Shown here piece after piece: positions 1-8,323 of a stretch of DNA of 28,003 bases (the stretch's first letter is position 1; every line of letters starts with the position of its first letter). The DNA comes from a virus. Lineage: Duplodnaviria > Caudoviricetes. Made by a program: the position numbers and the translations under genes. The stretch covers positions 1 to 28,003 of IMG/VR virus record IMGVR_UViG_3300027156_000035. One strand, 5' to 3'. The notes below the pieces were generated by a model that had not been told where the DNA came from, did no database searches, and saw only the letters and a list, made by a program, of their open reading frames with translations.

Positions 1-892
1 TTGTTCCACTGGTGCGGCTTGTACCTGATGTGCCGTCAGAAATGCCACTTGTTCCGCTAACACCATTTGTACCACTTGAACCACTAGTGCGGCTTATGCC
101 TGATGTACCGCTTGTTGCGCCGCTTGTGCCAGCAGTTCCGTTAGAGCCGCTTGCCCCGCTTGTACCGCTCACACCGCTTGTGCCGCTCACACCAGTTGTT
201 CCGCTGGATGCACCGCTTGTGCCGCTAGTTCCATTTGAACCGCTTGCACCACTTGTACCGCTTGTTCCAGTTGTACCGCTTACGCCACTTGTGCCGCTCG
301 CACCAGTTGTACCACTAGATGCACCGCTAGTTCCACTAGTGCCATTAACACCACTTACACCACTAGTACCACTTGTTCCAGTTGTTCCGCTAGAATTTCC
401 ACTTGTGCCAGAAGTTCCATTTGAACCGCTTGCGCCACTTGTTCCACTTGTTCCAGTTGTACCGCTTACGCCACTTGTGCCGCTCGCACCAGTTGTACCG
501 CTAGATGCGCCGCTTGTACCACTAGATCCATTTGAACCACTTGCACCACTTGTACGACTTGTACCGCTTGTACCATCAGTGGCTCCATTAACTCCACTAG
601 TACCATTTGTGCCGCTTGTTCCACTGGTGCGGCTTGTACCTGATGTGCCGTCAGAAATGCCACTTGTTCCGCTAACACCATTTGTACCACTTGAACCACT
701 AGTGCGGCTTATGCCTGATGTACCGCTTGTTGCGCCGCTTGTACCAGCAGTTCCGTTAGAGCCGCTTGCCCCGCTTGTACCGCTCACACCGCTTGTGCCG
801 CTCACACCAGTTGTTCCGCTAGATGCGCCGCTTGTGCCGCTAGTTCCATTTGAACCGCTTGCACCACTTGTACCGCTTGTTCCAGTTGTACC
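1..892. repeat. Near-identical direct duplication inside the repeat: 1-~277 matches 616-~892 (615-bp offset, in frame)
   Basis: The distinctive string ttgttccactggtgcggcttgtacctgatgtgccgtcagaaatgcc occurs at 1 and 616, and the match continues about 277 nt with few mismatches. Confidence 0.9.
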
Positions 893-2290
893 ACTAATTG
901 CGTTTGTACCGCTTGTACCATTAGAGCCGCTTGCGCCACTTGTGCCACTTGTTCCAGTTGTACCGCTGATGCCATTTGTGCCGCTTGTACCATTAGAGCC
1001 ACTTGCACCGCTTGTGCCACTTAAACCGCTAGTACCGCTCGCACCAGTTGTTCCGCTAGATGCTCCGCTTGTACCGCTAGTGCCATTAGCGCCGCTTACA
1101 CCGCTAGTGCCACTTGTGCCGGTTGTACCGCTAGAATTTCCACTTGTACCGCTTGTGCCATTAGAACCACTAGCGCCACTTGTTCCACTAGTTCCACCAG
1201 TACCACTAGTACCACTAACTGCATTAGTGCCATTTGTACCATTAGAACCACTTCCTCCACTTGTGCCACTTGTTCCAGTTGTGCCGCTTACGCCACTTGT
1301 GCCGCTCGCACCAGTTGTGCCGCTAGATGCGCCGCTTGTGCCGCTAGTTCCATTTGAACCGCTTGCACCACTTGTACCGCTTGTTCCAGTTGTTCCGCTA
1401 GAATTTCCACTTGTGCCAGAAGTTCCATTTGAACCGCTTGCGCCACTTGTTCCACTTGTACCAACTGTACCAGCTGTTCCACTAATTGCACTTGTACCGC
1501 TTGTACCATTAGAGCCGCTTGCGCCACTTGTGCCACTTGTTCCGGTTGTACCACTAATTGCATTTGTACCGCTTGTACCATTAGAACCACTAGCGCCACT
1601 TGTACCGCTTGTTCCGGTTGTGCCACTAGAAGCTCCACTAGTACCGCTTGTTCCATTAGAGCCACTTATTCCACTTGTGGAACTAGCTCCGCTTGTACCG
1701 CTTGCGCCTCCAGTTCCGCTTGTTCCATTGGAGCCACTTATTCCACTAGTACCACTTGCACCAGTTGTTCCGCTAGAATTGCCACTTGTACCACTTGTAC
1801 CATTAATTCCACTTATACCACTAGTTCCACTTGTGCCAGTTGTACCAGCTGTTCCACCTGTACCATTAGAGCCACTTACACCACTAGTACCACTTGTTCC
1901 AGTTGTACCGCTAATTCCATTTGTACCACTTGTACCATTAGAACCACTTGCGCCGCTTGTACCACTTGTTCCTGTTGTGCCACTAATTGCATTTGTACCG
2001 CTTGTGCCATTAGAGCCGCTTGCACCACTTGTACCGCTTGTACCGCTTGTGCCATTTATACCGCTTACAGCACTTGTTCCACTTGTACCGTTAGAGCCGC
2101 TTGTGCCACTTGTACCGCTTGTACCACTTATACCGCTAACTGCATTTGTACCACTTGTGCCATTAGAGCCACTTGTACCGCTTGTACCATTCGTCCCACT
2201 CGTTCCAGAAGTTCCATTTGTCCCAGAAGACCCGCTTAATCCAGAAGTACCACTTGTTCCACTAATTCCAGAAGTACCATTCAAACCGCT
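1..2290 (-). repeat. Low-complexity coding repeat with a 9-nt (G-X-Y) period and higher-order units of about 72 nt
   Basis: Degenerate ccacttgta/ccgcttgtg/ccattagag units encode GTS/GTN/GSN/GAS/GTT on the minus strand. A 24-residue unit, GTSGTSGASGSNGTSGTNAISGTT, recurs. Confidence 0.95.
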
Positions 2291-3466
2291 TAAAGCAACG
2301 ATATTCCAAGTGGTTCCATCGCTAGCTAAAGTAACAGAAGTATATTGTGGTAAATAATAATTATTTAATCCATCAATCTGACCAAGAGAAGTTCCATCAA
2401 TTATAACTTGTCCACTGCCTTTGTTTTTAATTACAAATTGTCTACCAGCATTAGAAGAAGCAGCGATAAGAGTAACTGTTGACGAAGATGAAGAATTTAT
2501 AACAACAACATCATCGTCAGTTGTAATTTGATAATTTGTTGTTTCTATTGAAACGTTTCTTACGATAGCTTCTGCGGATAATGTTGCCCCAACATTAAAA
2601 GAACCAGAAACGTAATGCTGACCAGTTCCGTTTAATTCAAGAAGGTCAGTATTGTGCCAAACTCCAGATCCAGTATGATAAGCGAGAATTGAATTATCAG
2701 TTGGTGCAATTATCTTAACGTCATGAAGCTCTTCTAGCTCATAACCGTTTTGAACTCTTACATAGAGTTGGCCATTTCCATTGTTAGCTTTTTCAACAAC
2801 ACCAATGAACACCATATGATATGGCGCTTGCGGTTTTGTTACAGTTAGTGAACCAGGTGTTGTTCCTAGCCAAAGAATATCGCCATCATTATAAGCTGCA
2901 AGACTTAATCCGTCTACAACGCCAACGCTTTTTACATAACCAAGTTGTCCAGCAGCGATATTTTCAATTACAACACCAAGAGTTTTTGACGAAGTTGCGT
3001 CAGAAAGATTTGAAGCTAATTTTACTGTGGCCTTATCGCCTTGCGCACCAAACAAGTAAACAACTTCGCCTTTAGAAATTACTCCCGTTTCAGCATTTCT
3101 GACATAAGCTACTAAATCTTGCCCTAAATTAGTTGTGGCTCCCCCAAGTAAACCTAATTCTAAAGAAGCTTGATCATCATTCCATAAAAGCTGGGCGGGA
3201 TTAGAAACAAGCCCTAATCCAGTATTAAAAGTTATTGAATTAAAAACTCCACTGTTTCCCGTAACAATTCCAGTAAAAGCGCCAGTAATATTATTAGCGT
3301 TTAAATAATACGAGCCATCAAAACCGTCTAATTTATCAGAATCGGCTGCTTTGCCAGTTGTACTTAAGTACAAGCCACTTAAATTAAGATCATTTATAAC
3401 CCCAGTAGCATCAACTACTTGGAAGTTAATCTGAGAAGTGCCTGTGCCTAAATAGTACTTGCCCAT
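2..3466 (-). CDS. Large virion fibre protein (partial, >=1155 aa, runs off the left edge) with globular N-terminal domains and a very long Gly-X-Y Ser/Thr/Asn repeat
   Basis: Translated by hand. ATG at 3466 follows AAAGGAAT and reads MGKYYLGTGTSQINFQVVDATG...; the frame stays open toward position 2. It contains the fibre-type motifs AADSDKLDGFDGSYY and LEELHDVKIIAPTDNSILAYHTGSGVWHN and a beta-rich domain ending SVTLASDGTTWNIV, then GTSGTNGSNGTSGASG... repeats. It is absent from the ORF track because no stop codon lies in the window. Confidence 0.9.
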   Translation of the reverse strand, partial: MGKYYLGTGTSQINFQVVDATGVINDLNLSGLYLSTTGKAADSDKLDGFDGSYYLNANNITGAFTGIVTGNSGVFNSITFNTGLGLVSNPAQLLWNDDQASLELGLLGGATTNLGQDLVAYVRNAETGVISKGEVVYLFGAQGDKATVKLASNLSDATSSKTLGVVIENIAAGQLGYVKSVGVVDGLSLAAYNDGDILWLGTTPGSLTVTKPQAPYHMVFIGVVEKANNGNGQLYVRVQNGYELEELHDVKIIAPTDNSILAYHTGSGVWHNTDLLELNGTGQHYVSGSFNVGATLSAEAIVRNVSIETTNYQITTDDDVVVINSSSSSTVTLIAASSNAGRQFVIKNKGSGQVIIDGTSLGQIDGLNNYYLPQYTSVTLASDGTTWNIVALSGLNGTSGISGTSGTSGLSGSSGTNGTSGTSGTNGTSGTSGSNGTSGTNAVSGISGTSGTSGTSGSNGTSGTSAVSGINGTSGTSGTSGASGSNGTSGTNAISGTTGTSGTSGASGSNGTSGTNGISGTTGTSGTSGVSGSNGTGGTAGTTGTSGTSGISGINGTSGTSGNSSGTTGASGTSGISGSNGTSGTGGASGTSGASSTSGISGSNGTSGTSGASSGTTGTSGTSGASGSNGTSGTNAISGTTGTSGTSGASGSNGTSGTSAISGTAGTVGTSGTSGASGSNGTSGTSGNSSGTTGTSGTSGASGSNGTSGTSGASSGTTGASGTSGVSGTTGTSGTSGGSGSNGTNGTNAVSGTSGTGGTSGTSGASGSNGTSGTSGNSSGTTGTSGTSGVSGANGTSGTSGASSGTTGASGTSGLSGTSGASGSNGTSGTNGISGTTGTSGTSGASGSNGTSGTNAISGTTGTSGTSGASGSNGTSGTSGASSGTTGVSGTSGVSGTSGASGSNGTAGTSGATSGTSGISRTSGSSGTNGVSGTSGISDGTSGTSRTSGTSGTNGTSGVNGATDGTSGTSRTSGASGSNGSSGTSGASSGTTGASGTSGVSGTTGTSGTSGASGSNGTSGTSGNSSGTTGTSGTSGVSGVNGTSGTSGASSGTTGASGTSGVSGTTGTSGTSGASGSNGTSGTSGASSGTTGVSGTSGVSGTSGASGSNGTAGTSGATSGTSGISRTSGSSGTNGVSGTSGISDGTSGTSRTSGT

Positions 3467-3499
3467 ATTCCTTTTATGTTAATTTTAATTTGCTAAATA

Positions 3500-5053
3500 T
3501 TAAGAAACAACTGAGCTTATTACACTCGCTGTCCACTTAATATTCGCTGCATTTTCTCCTTTAACCTGCAATTTTAACGAATCATTGGTGTTGTCTCCAT
3601 CAACAAAAACTTCCCAAACACCATTTGAATCGTCGCCTAATTTTATAACGTGAGCCGCGCCAACTAAAGCAGTGTTTCCTGCTTTATTAGCGACGAGACA
3701 GTTATAAGACCAAGAAGCCGCTTTCGCATTAGCTGAATCAAAAGCTGTAATATTTCCTTTAAATGCAACAGCACTGTTGCTGGCCAAAGTTATTCTACCA
3801 TTTGTTCCGTTTAAGAACATCTCGGTTGTTGTAGAATTTGAAGTATTGCAATAGACCACAAAATGATCAGACTTTGCTTGAGCGGCTCCAGAAACCGTAA
3901 TTCCACCAACTACAATATCATTTGATGTTGACGCTCCATTTGTCGTGGTCGCATCCAAAGTTAATTCCGATGTAACTGGTATGTTATAATAAGTTGAACC
4001 ATCGTTGGTGAATGTCCAACGATCTGTCCCCTCATTCCAAATCAATAATGTGTTGGTTTGAGTTCCACGCTCAACTTCAATACCTGCGTTTTCACTTGGA
4101 GCAGATCCAGTAAAATCTCCATTGAGGAGAACAATGCTATCTCCGACAGAAACAATGTTGCTTTCAATTGTTGTTGTTGTACCTTGAACTGTAAGATTAC
4201 CTGTAATTACCAATCCACCATCAAGTCTTAAAACATTTGCGTCTGATTTATAGAGAGAAACTTTTCCAGTATCATTTGGACCAAACACAAGACCATCAGA
4301 ACCAGTAACTGCATTTACTAAAACAACCGGACCAGCATTTATAGTAACTGTATCAGAAGAATCACTACCTAAAGTAACATCACCACTTACAATAAGATCT
4401 TTTCCGATTATGATTCCATTTGTTGTTCCGCTTCCGCTATTTGTTACGCTTTGTAGATCTCTCTCAAGAGCTTGATTAATGAGAGGTCTCAGCATTCCAG
4501 AGAGATTGTGAACAGCAGCTTCACTAGGAGCAGTAGTTGTTACTCCGCTTTGAATTTGATCGCGAACAATAACAGCTGTTGTACCAGTTGCACTTAAAAC
4601 GTGGCCAAAAGTATCATAGGTAAAACTAATTCCAGTAATTGCAGATCCAGCAGCAGCATTAACGGAAAGATCAGCTACGCTAGAAGTATCTGTATGAGAT
4701 AAAACAATCGCATCACTTGAAACAGAAAGATCTAATCCTTCTCCACCAGAAATTGTGACGCTATCTACGAAAGAAAGTCCACTAACTCTGCCTGTTAAAT
4801 TGATAGCTGCAATATCAGTCCCAGTTGATAAAGCTGACAACTGATAAAGGCCACCGGCATTTGTATACAAATACCCTGATAATCCAGTACCAAAATCAAA
4901 AACGGCTTTATTGCTTGGAGTAGTACCTGTTGTATTACCAGTTACGCTCTGTTCTATAAAGTGCTGCTTTACGTCAGCTGCTACTGTTGAAGCGTCACCA
5001 GTTCTGAAATCGATCTGGTTACCGTTGGTTACTCCTGTATAATATATTGCCAT
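3500..5053 (-). CDS. Virion fibre/structural protein (517 aa)
   Basis: G/S/T-rich, with fibre-type motifs YDTFGHV, DLQSVTNSGSGTTN/TLDATTTNGAST and ITGNLTVQGTTTTIESNIVSVGDSIVLLN...AGIEVERG...LIWNEGTDRW. GGGAG lies upstream of the start. Confidence 0.8.
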   Translation of the reverse strand: MAIYYTGVTNGNQIDFRTGDASTVAADVKQHFIEQSVTGNTTGTTPSNKAVFDFGTGLSGYLYTNAGGLYQLSALSTGTDIAAINLTGRVSGLSFVDSVTISGGEGLDLSVSSDAIVLSHTDTSSVADLSVNAAAGSAITGISFTYDTFGHVLSATGTTAVIVRDQIQSGVTTTAPSEAAVHNLSGMLRPLINQALERDLQSVTNSGSGTTNGIIIGKDLIVSGDVTLGSDSSDTVTINAGPVVLVNAVTGSDGLVFGPNDTGKVSLYKSDANVLRLDGGLVITGNLTVQGTTTTIESNIVSVGDSIVLLNGDFTGSAPSENAGIEVERGTQTNTLLIWNEGTDRWTFTNDGSTYYNIPVTSELTLDATTTNGASTSNDIVVGGITVSGAAQAKSDHFVVYCNTSNSTTTEMFLNGTNGRITLASNSAVAFKGNITAFDSANAKAASWSYNCLVANKAGNTALVGAAHVIKLGDDSNGVWEVFVDGDNTNDSLKLQVKGENAANIKWTASVISSVVS

Positions 5054-5078
5054 TTTTAAATTCTCCCGTTATAATAAT

Positions 5079-5084
5079 TTACAC
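5079..5084 (-). promoter_or_regulatory. GTGTAA putative late promoter element
   Basis: AAAATAGAAAATCGTGTAAATTATTATA in the short intergenic gap; the motif is 25 nt upstream of the ATG at 5053. Confidence 0.65.
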
Positions 5085-5090
5085 GATTTT

Positions 5091-5777
5091 CTATTTTACC
5101 TCTACTAAATTTAGATAGCCAACCCAATGAATTGTTGTTGCGGCTTTTCCTACGACATCTACCTGTAGATATCCATATGAAGTGTTTGCTGAAACTGAAA
5201 CGCCTCCAGTGCCTATTTCGTCTACAATATTTAAAACAGTGCATTTACCAACGATTTGCGTAAAACCTGCACTAGCGCCTTTTTTAATTGCACCATCAAT
5301 ATTAAATATTGCTGTATTATTTGAAGTATCTTTTGCTATCACCCTTAACTTAAAGTACCAAGAAGTATTGTCTGGTAATGAAAGTTTTTTTGATGTATTT
5401 GTAAACTGCAATTCGTATGTTGAAGCATCTGTAGTTTCTCTTTTTAAGATATACTCTGAAAATTGAGCGTCACCATTCGTTGAAAAATTTCCATCAGAAA
5501 TTACTCTTAATCCAGTTAAATAATTATTGTATCCAGTTCCTTGTAAAACTGTTCCACTTACATGTACATTTTTTTCGAAATAAACATCGTTACTCGGATC
5601 AAAATTATTTTCAATAAGTCCACTAATATTAGCATACTGTCCACTTGTTAAGTGATAATATTGTCCACTTGCTCCACCTTGTAAGTCAATAGAAGAATTA
5701 TGAAGCAGGAAATCAGTTTCTACTACTTCTATAACTCCTGTTTGACTGCTAACTTCTACCACTACAATTTCAGACAT
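5091..5777 (-). CDS. Virion structural protein (228 aa) whose C-terminal beta domain resembles that of 3500..5053
   Basis: Lies in the structural operon. The last ~125 aa align by eye with the neighbour (…LQVDVVGKAATTIHWVG vs …LKLQVKGENAANIKWTA). Confidence 0.7.
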   Translation of the reverse strand: MSEIVVVEVSSQTGVIEVVETDFLLHNSSIDLQGGASGQYYHLTSGQYANISGLIENNFDPSNDVYFEKNVHVSGTVLQGTGYNNYLTGLRVISDGNFSTNGDAQFSEYILKRETTDASTYELQFTNTSKKLSLPDNTSWYFKLRVIAKDTSNNTAIFNIDGAIKKGASAGFTQIVGKCTVLNIVDEIGTGGVSVSANTSYGYLQVDVVGKAATTIHWVGYLNLVEVK

Positions 5778-5781
5778 GGTG

Positions 5782-6120
5782 TTATAGAGTTGTAATGTTT
5801 TCTTCTACTGAGACAGTACCCTTTAAAATTTTTTGTATAACTCCATTTGAATACTGCGCAAAAACGTCATACTTCAACGTACCAACGTGCAAATTAGCAG
5901 TTTGATTCGCCGTTAAAGAAAGTTTGATAATTCCAGAGGCTGGGGTAATTTTAGTTACCGTAAATGAAACAATAGCAGGGAAGTAATAATCTTGTTTTAT
6001 CTCAGCGTCTATAGTCGCATTGGTAACATCAATAGCTGTTCCATTGCCGTCTTTTAACGCCAAACTAACATCAAAAGTGGCGTTCCTTTCTATAGAAATA
6101 TTATAAGTTGCTGCGGACAT
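5782..6120 (-). CDS. Small beta-sandwich virion/fibre attachment protein (BppU N-terminal / T5 LtfC-p132-like)
   Basis: Pattern YNISIERNATF...IDVTNATIDAEIK...GIIKLSLTANQTANL...LKYDV...ILKGTVSV is typical of this adaptor family (from recollection of the family). Confidence 0.65.
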   Translation of the reverse strand: MSAATYNISIERNATFDVSLALKDGNGTAIDVTNATIDAEIKQDYYFPAIVSFTVTKITPASGIIKLSLTANQTANLHVGTLKYDVFAQYSNGVIQKILKGTVSVEENITTL

Positions 6121-6144
6121 AGTTGCGCCTTTTCCCTTTTAAAT

Positions 6145-6150
6145 TTACAC
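6145..6150 (-). promoter_or_regulatory. GTGTAA putative late promoter element
   Basis: TTTTGTGTAAATTTAAAAGGG in the intergenic gap; the motif is 24 nt upstream of the ATG at 6120. Confidence 0.6.
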
Positions 6151-6198
6151 AAAACTATGCCTTAAAGATAAAGTAAAAAAATAATTATTATCTATTTC

Positions 6199-6675
6199 TT
6201 ATGCGCCTGTTCCAGTAAGAGTTAAAACATCACTAACCATTGTTTTAGCTACAACTTGAGTTGGAGCAGCTTTATAAAAATTATATGCATAAACTAATTT
6301 ATTCATCTCTTCTAAATGATCTTTAGATAAAGCTCTAAATTGTTTGCTAACTTCGTTGCTATTTATAAATGTGACAGAAGAATCTTCGTCTGAAACTGAA
6401 ACGATATTTCCTGATGGAGATGTGCTTCCAATTGTTTTTATCGCATTTCTAGACTTCTTTTTATAAAAATGAGAAAGATAGAGATGCTTAAAAATATCAA
6501 TTTCTTCTGTACTTAAATCAATTCCAGTGCCGCTATGAGAAGTATAAATTAAATTATTTAATTCTCCTATATTGGCCTGTAGCCAACCAGATATGACGCT
6601 TATATTAGTTTGAGACGTATCCGCATCAAACTCATAAAAGAATATACCACTAGCTATTTGTCCGATGTTAGCCAT
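6199..6675 (-). CDS. Putative head-tail adaptor/head completion protein (158 aa)
   Basis: Second gene after the major capsid gene. Mostly helical, with an IVSVSDEDSSVTF beta-hairpin like those of head-tail connectors. Confidence 0.5.
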   Translation of the reverse strand: MANIGQIASGIFFYEFDADTSQTNISVISGWLQANIGELNNLIYTSHSGTGIDLSTEEIDIFKHLYLSHFYKKKSRNAIKTIGSTSPSGNIVSVSDEDSSVTFINSNEVSKQFRALSKDHLEEMNKLVYAYNFYKAAPTQVVAKTMVSDVLTLTGTGA

Positions 6676-7063
6676 TTAAAACTTTCATCATTTTTTCTTT
6701 TTGTTCTTTTGTGAACAGTTCTTTAGTCTGCGGTTGGGGAGAAAAGTAACCTCTAGATTGTACGTTCTGAGTATCAAATTGACGCAAAAGACGGGTTTTG
6801 ATAGCCGCCATGCTACCTGATGTATCTACTTTAAGTTTACGGGCAAAATCTTGAAGTTGTAACTGGGTCATAGCGTCGAGATTTTCTTCAAAAATTTTAC
6901 GATTAGCTGTGCCAAAAACATTAACTTCTTTAATACCTAAGATAATTTCTAATTCTTTGACTTTTGATCGATATTCTGGCGAATTTTTATCATTGATAGT
7001 ATTAAGCTCTTCTAATAAGCTCGCTTTGCCAACTTCAGTAGATTGTCCAGTTGAGATTTCCAT
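6668..7063 (-). CDS. Hypothetical protein with a SAP/Rho-N-like helix-extension-helix motif (131 aa)
   Basis: LDAMTQLQLQDFARKLKVDTSGSMAAIKTRLL fits the SAP/HeH spacing pattern. Confidence 0.55.
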   Translation of the reverse strand: MEISTGQSTEVGKASLLEELNTINDKNSPEYRSKVKELEIILGIKEVNVFGTANRKIFEENLDAMTQLQLQDFARKLKVDTSGSMAAIKTRLLRQFDTQNVQSRGYFSPQPQTKELFTKEQKEKMMKVLNG

Positions 7064-7083
7064 AGTAAATACTATCGTAACAT

Positions 7084-7089
7084 TTACAC
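7084..7089 (-). promoter_or_regulatory. GTGTAA putative late promoter element
   Basis: AAAATAGAAAAGTGTAAATG lies just downstream of the capsid terminator and 20 nt upstream of the ATG at 7063. Confidence 0.7.
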
Positions 7090-7107
7090 TTTTCTATTTT
7101 ATAAATG

Positions 7108-7139
7108 AAATAAAAAACCCGCCTCTTTCGAGGCGGGTT
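7108..7139 (-). terminator. Rho-independent terminator after the major capsid gene
   Basis: Minus strand reads AACCCGCCTC-GAAA-GAGGCGGGTT then TTTTATTT: a perfect 10-bp stem, GNRA loop and U-tract. Confidence 0.92.
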
Positions 7140-7157
7140 CTTTAGAAGGTTTTAACC

Positions 7158-8303
7158 TTAGACGATCTTGCCTACGAGGGCGCGAACGTCGAGAACTACA
7201 CGGCCTTCCTCAAGGGAGCCGAAGTAACCGATCTTGTTCTGACGGATGCTGTATTGATCATCAGCAACCAGATTGAACTCAGAGTTCGAATCTGGATCTG
7301 TTGCTACGACGCGGAGCAGTGAGTCACGGCTGCGGTCGATACCAACAAGAATTTCTGTTGTAGAACCGTTGAACTGAGCGGAGCCACTTCCAGCAGCTGT
7401 TGTATAGTTTGTTGACGCAGCAGCTGTGTCGAAGATGGTGTTGAACTTCTGACCAATACCGAGTTCATTGAACTCAAGGATATTAACACCGTAGAAGCTG
7501 GGGATACCAGCGCTATTGTAGATAGCTGTGCGCATTTCATCAGTAGCGGCGATACCGTTCTCGCTTCCGTTACCGGCGGTGCCAGCTACGGAGGGAGAGC
7601 CTTTGGTATTAATTGGGTTATAAGCCATAGCACGAATCTGCTCGGTGACCTCTGGGGAAACCAGAAGGTCAGTCAGGCCAGCGCGTGAACCAGAGGCAGG
7701 TGTTCCCTTGGCCCATGATGTGTTGATGCGCTTTGCCAGAGTGAGGAGTTCGTTAAGGTCAGCGAGAAGGAAACGGCCAGCAACGTTAGCGCGCTGAACG
7801 TGTTTCTTGCTGTTTGTCTCTGCGTTAGCGAGAGCAGTCATGGCCAATGTGGCAGAAGTACGCTCCTGCTTGAGCAGGATTTCCTGTGCCATACGGGTGA
7901 ATGTCTTAGCTACAACGTCCATGCGATGCTTTGCAGCATAACGACGGTCGAAGGAGAGGGCGCTGTCCAGTGTGTAGGTGGTCAGCTTCATCTCGGAGAC
8001 TGTGGGGAGAACCTGATTGGTGGGAAGACCACCAGCTACGGACTGTGAGTATACAGTGATGTAGTCCTCGTCAGTTACGTCGTAGTACAGGTCGAGAGGA
8101 ATGCTGGGATTATCATCAGCGTTGTATGAGAGGCTGGTGAACAAATTGCTCAGTGTAGGAGCATTGTTAATAACCTCTGCAAGAACGGGTCCGATGAACT
8201 CAGCGAGTGCGACTTGAGCATCATAAGCAACAGTGCGATTGCGACTAGCCATTGCTTTGATAAGCTCAATCTGTTCTGGGGTGCGCTTTAATGTGATTTT
8301 CAT
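7158..8303 (-). CDS. Major capsid protein (381 aa, probable HK97 fold)
   Basis: Size, position after protease/scaffold and decoration genes, strong downstream terminator, markedly biased C/G-ending codons, and a capsid-like C-terminus (IGYFGSLEEGRVVLDVRALV). Confidence 0.85.
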   Translation of the reverse strand: MKITLKRTPEQIELIKAMASRNRTVAYDAQVALAEFIGPVLAEVINNAPTLSNLFTSLSYNADDNPSIPLDLYYDVTDEDYITVYSQSVAGGLPTNQVLPTVSEMKLTTYTLDSALSFDRRYAAKHRMDVVAKTFTRMAQEILLKQERTSATLAMTALANAETNSKKHVQRANVAGRFLLADLNELLTLAKRINTSWAKGTPASGSRAGLTDLLVSPEVTEQIRAMAYNPINTKGSPSVAGTAGNGSENGIAATDEMRTAIYNSAGIPSFYGVNILEFNELGIGQKFNTIFDTAAASTNYTTAAGSGSAQFNGSTTEILVGIDRSRDSLLRVVATDPDSNSEFNLVADDQYSIRQNKIGYFGSLEEGRVVLDVRALVGKIV

Positions 8304-8323
8304 TTAAGTAGTTTCCTTTCTTA

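Noticed and set aside
466-1665. Short minus-strand Val/Gln/Ala ORFs (466-699, 802-1020, 1288-1665)
   Set aside because: Alternative frames of the same repeat.
1-2290. CRISPR array or DGR template/variable repeat
   Set aside because: There is no constant repeat with unique spacers. The duplicate copies differ at a few synonymous positions rather than by adenine-specific changes, and no cas or reverse transcriptase gene is in the window.
12-2357. 781 aa plus-strand Pro/Leu/Val ORF
   Set aside because: It is the antisense shadow of the G-T-S repeat, which rarely generates stops. It ends just beyond the repeat and opposes the operon direction.
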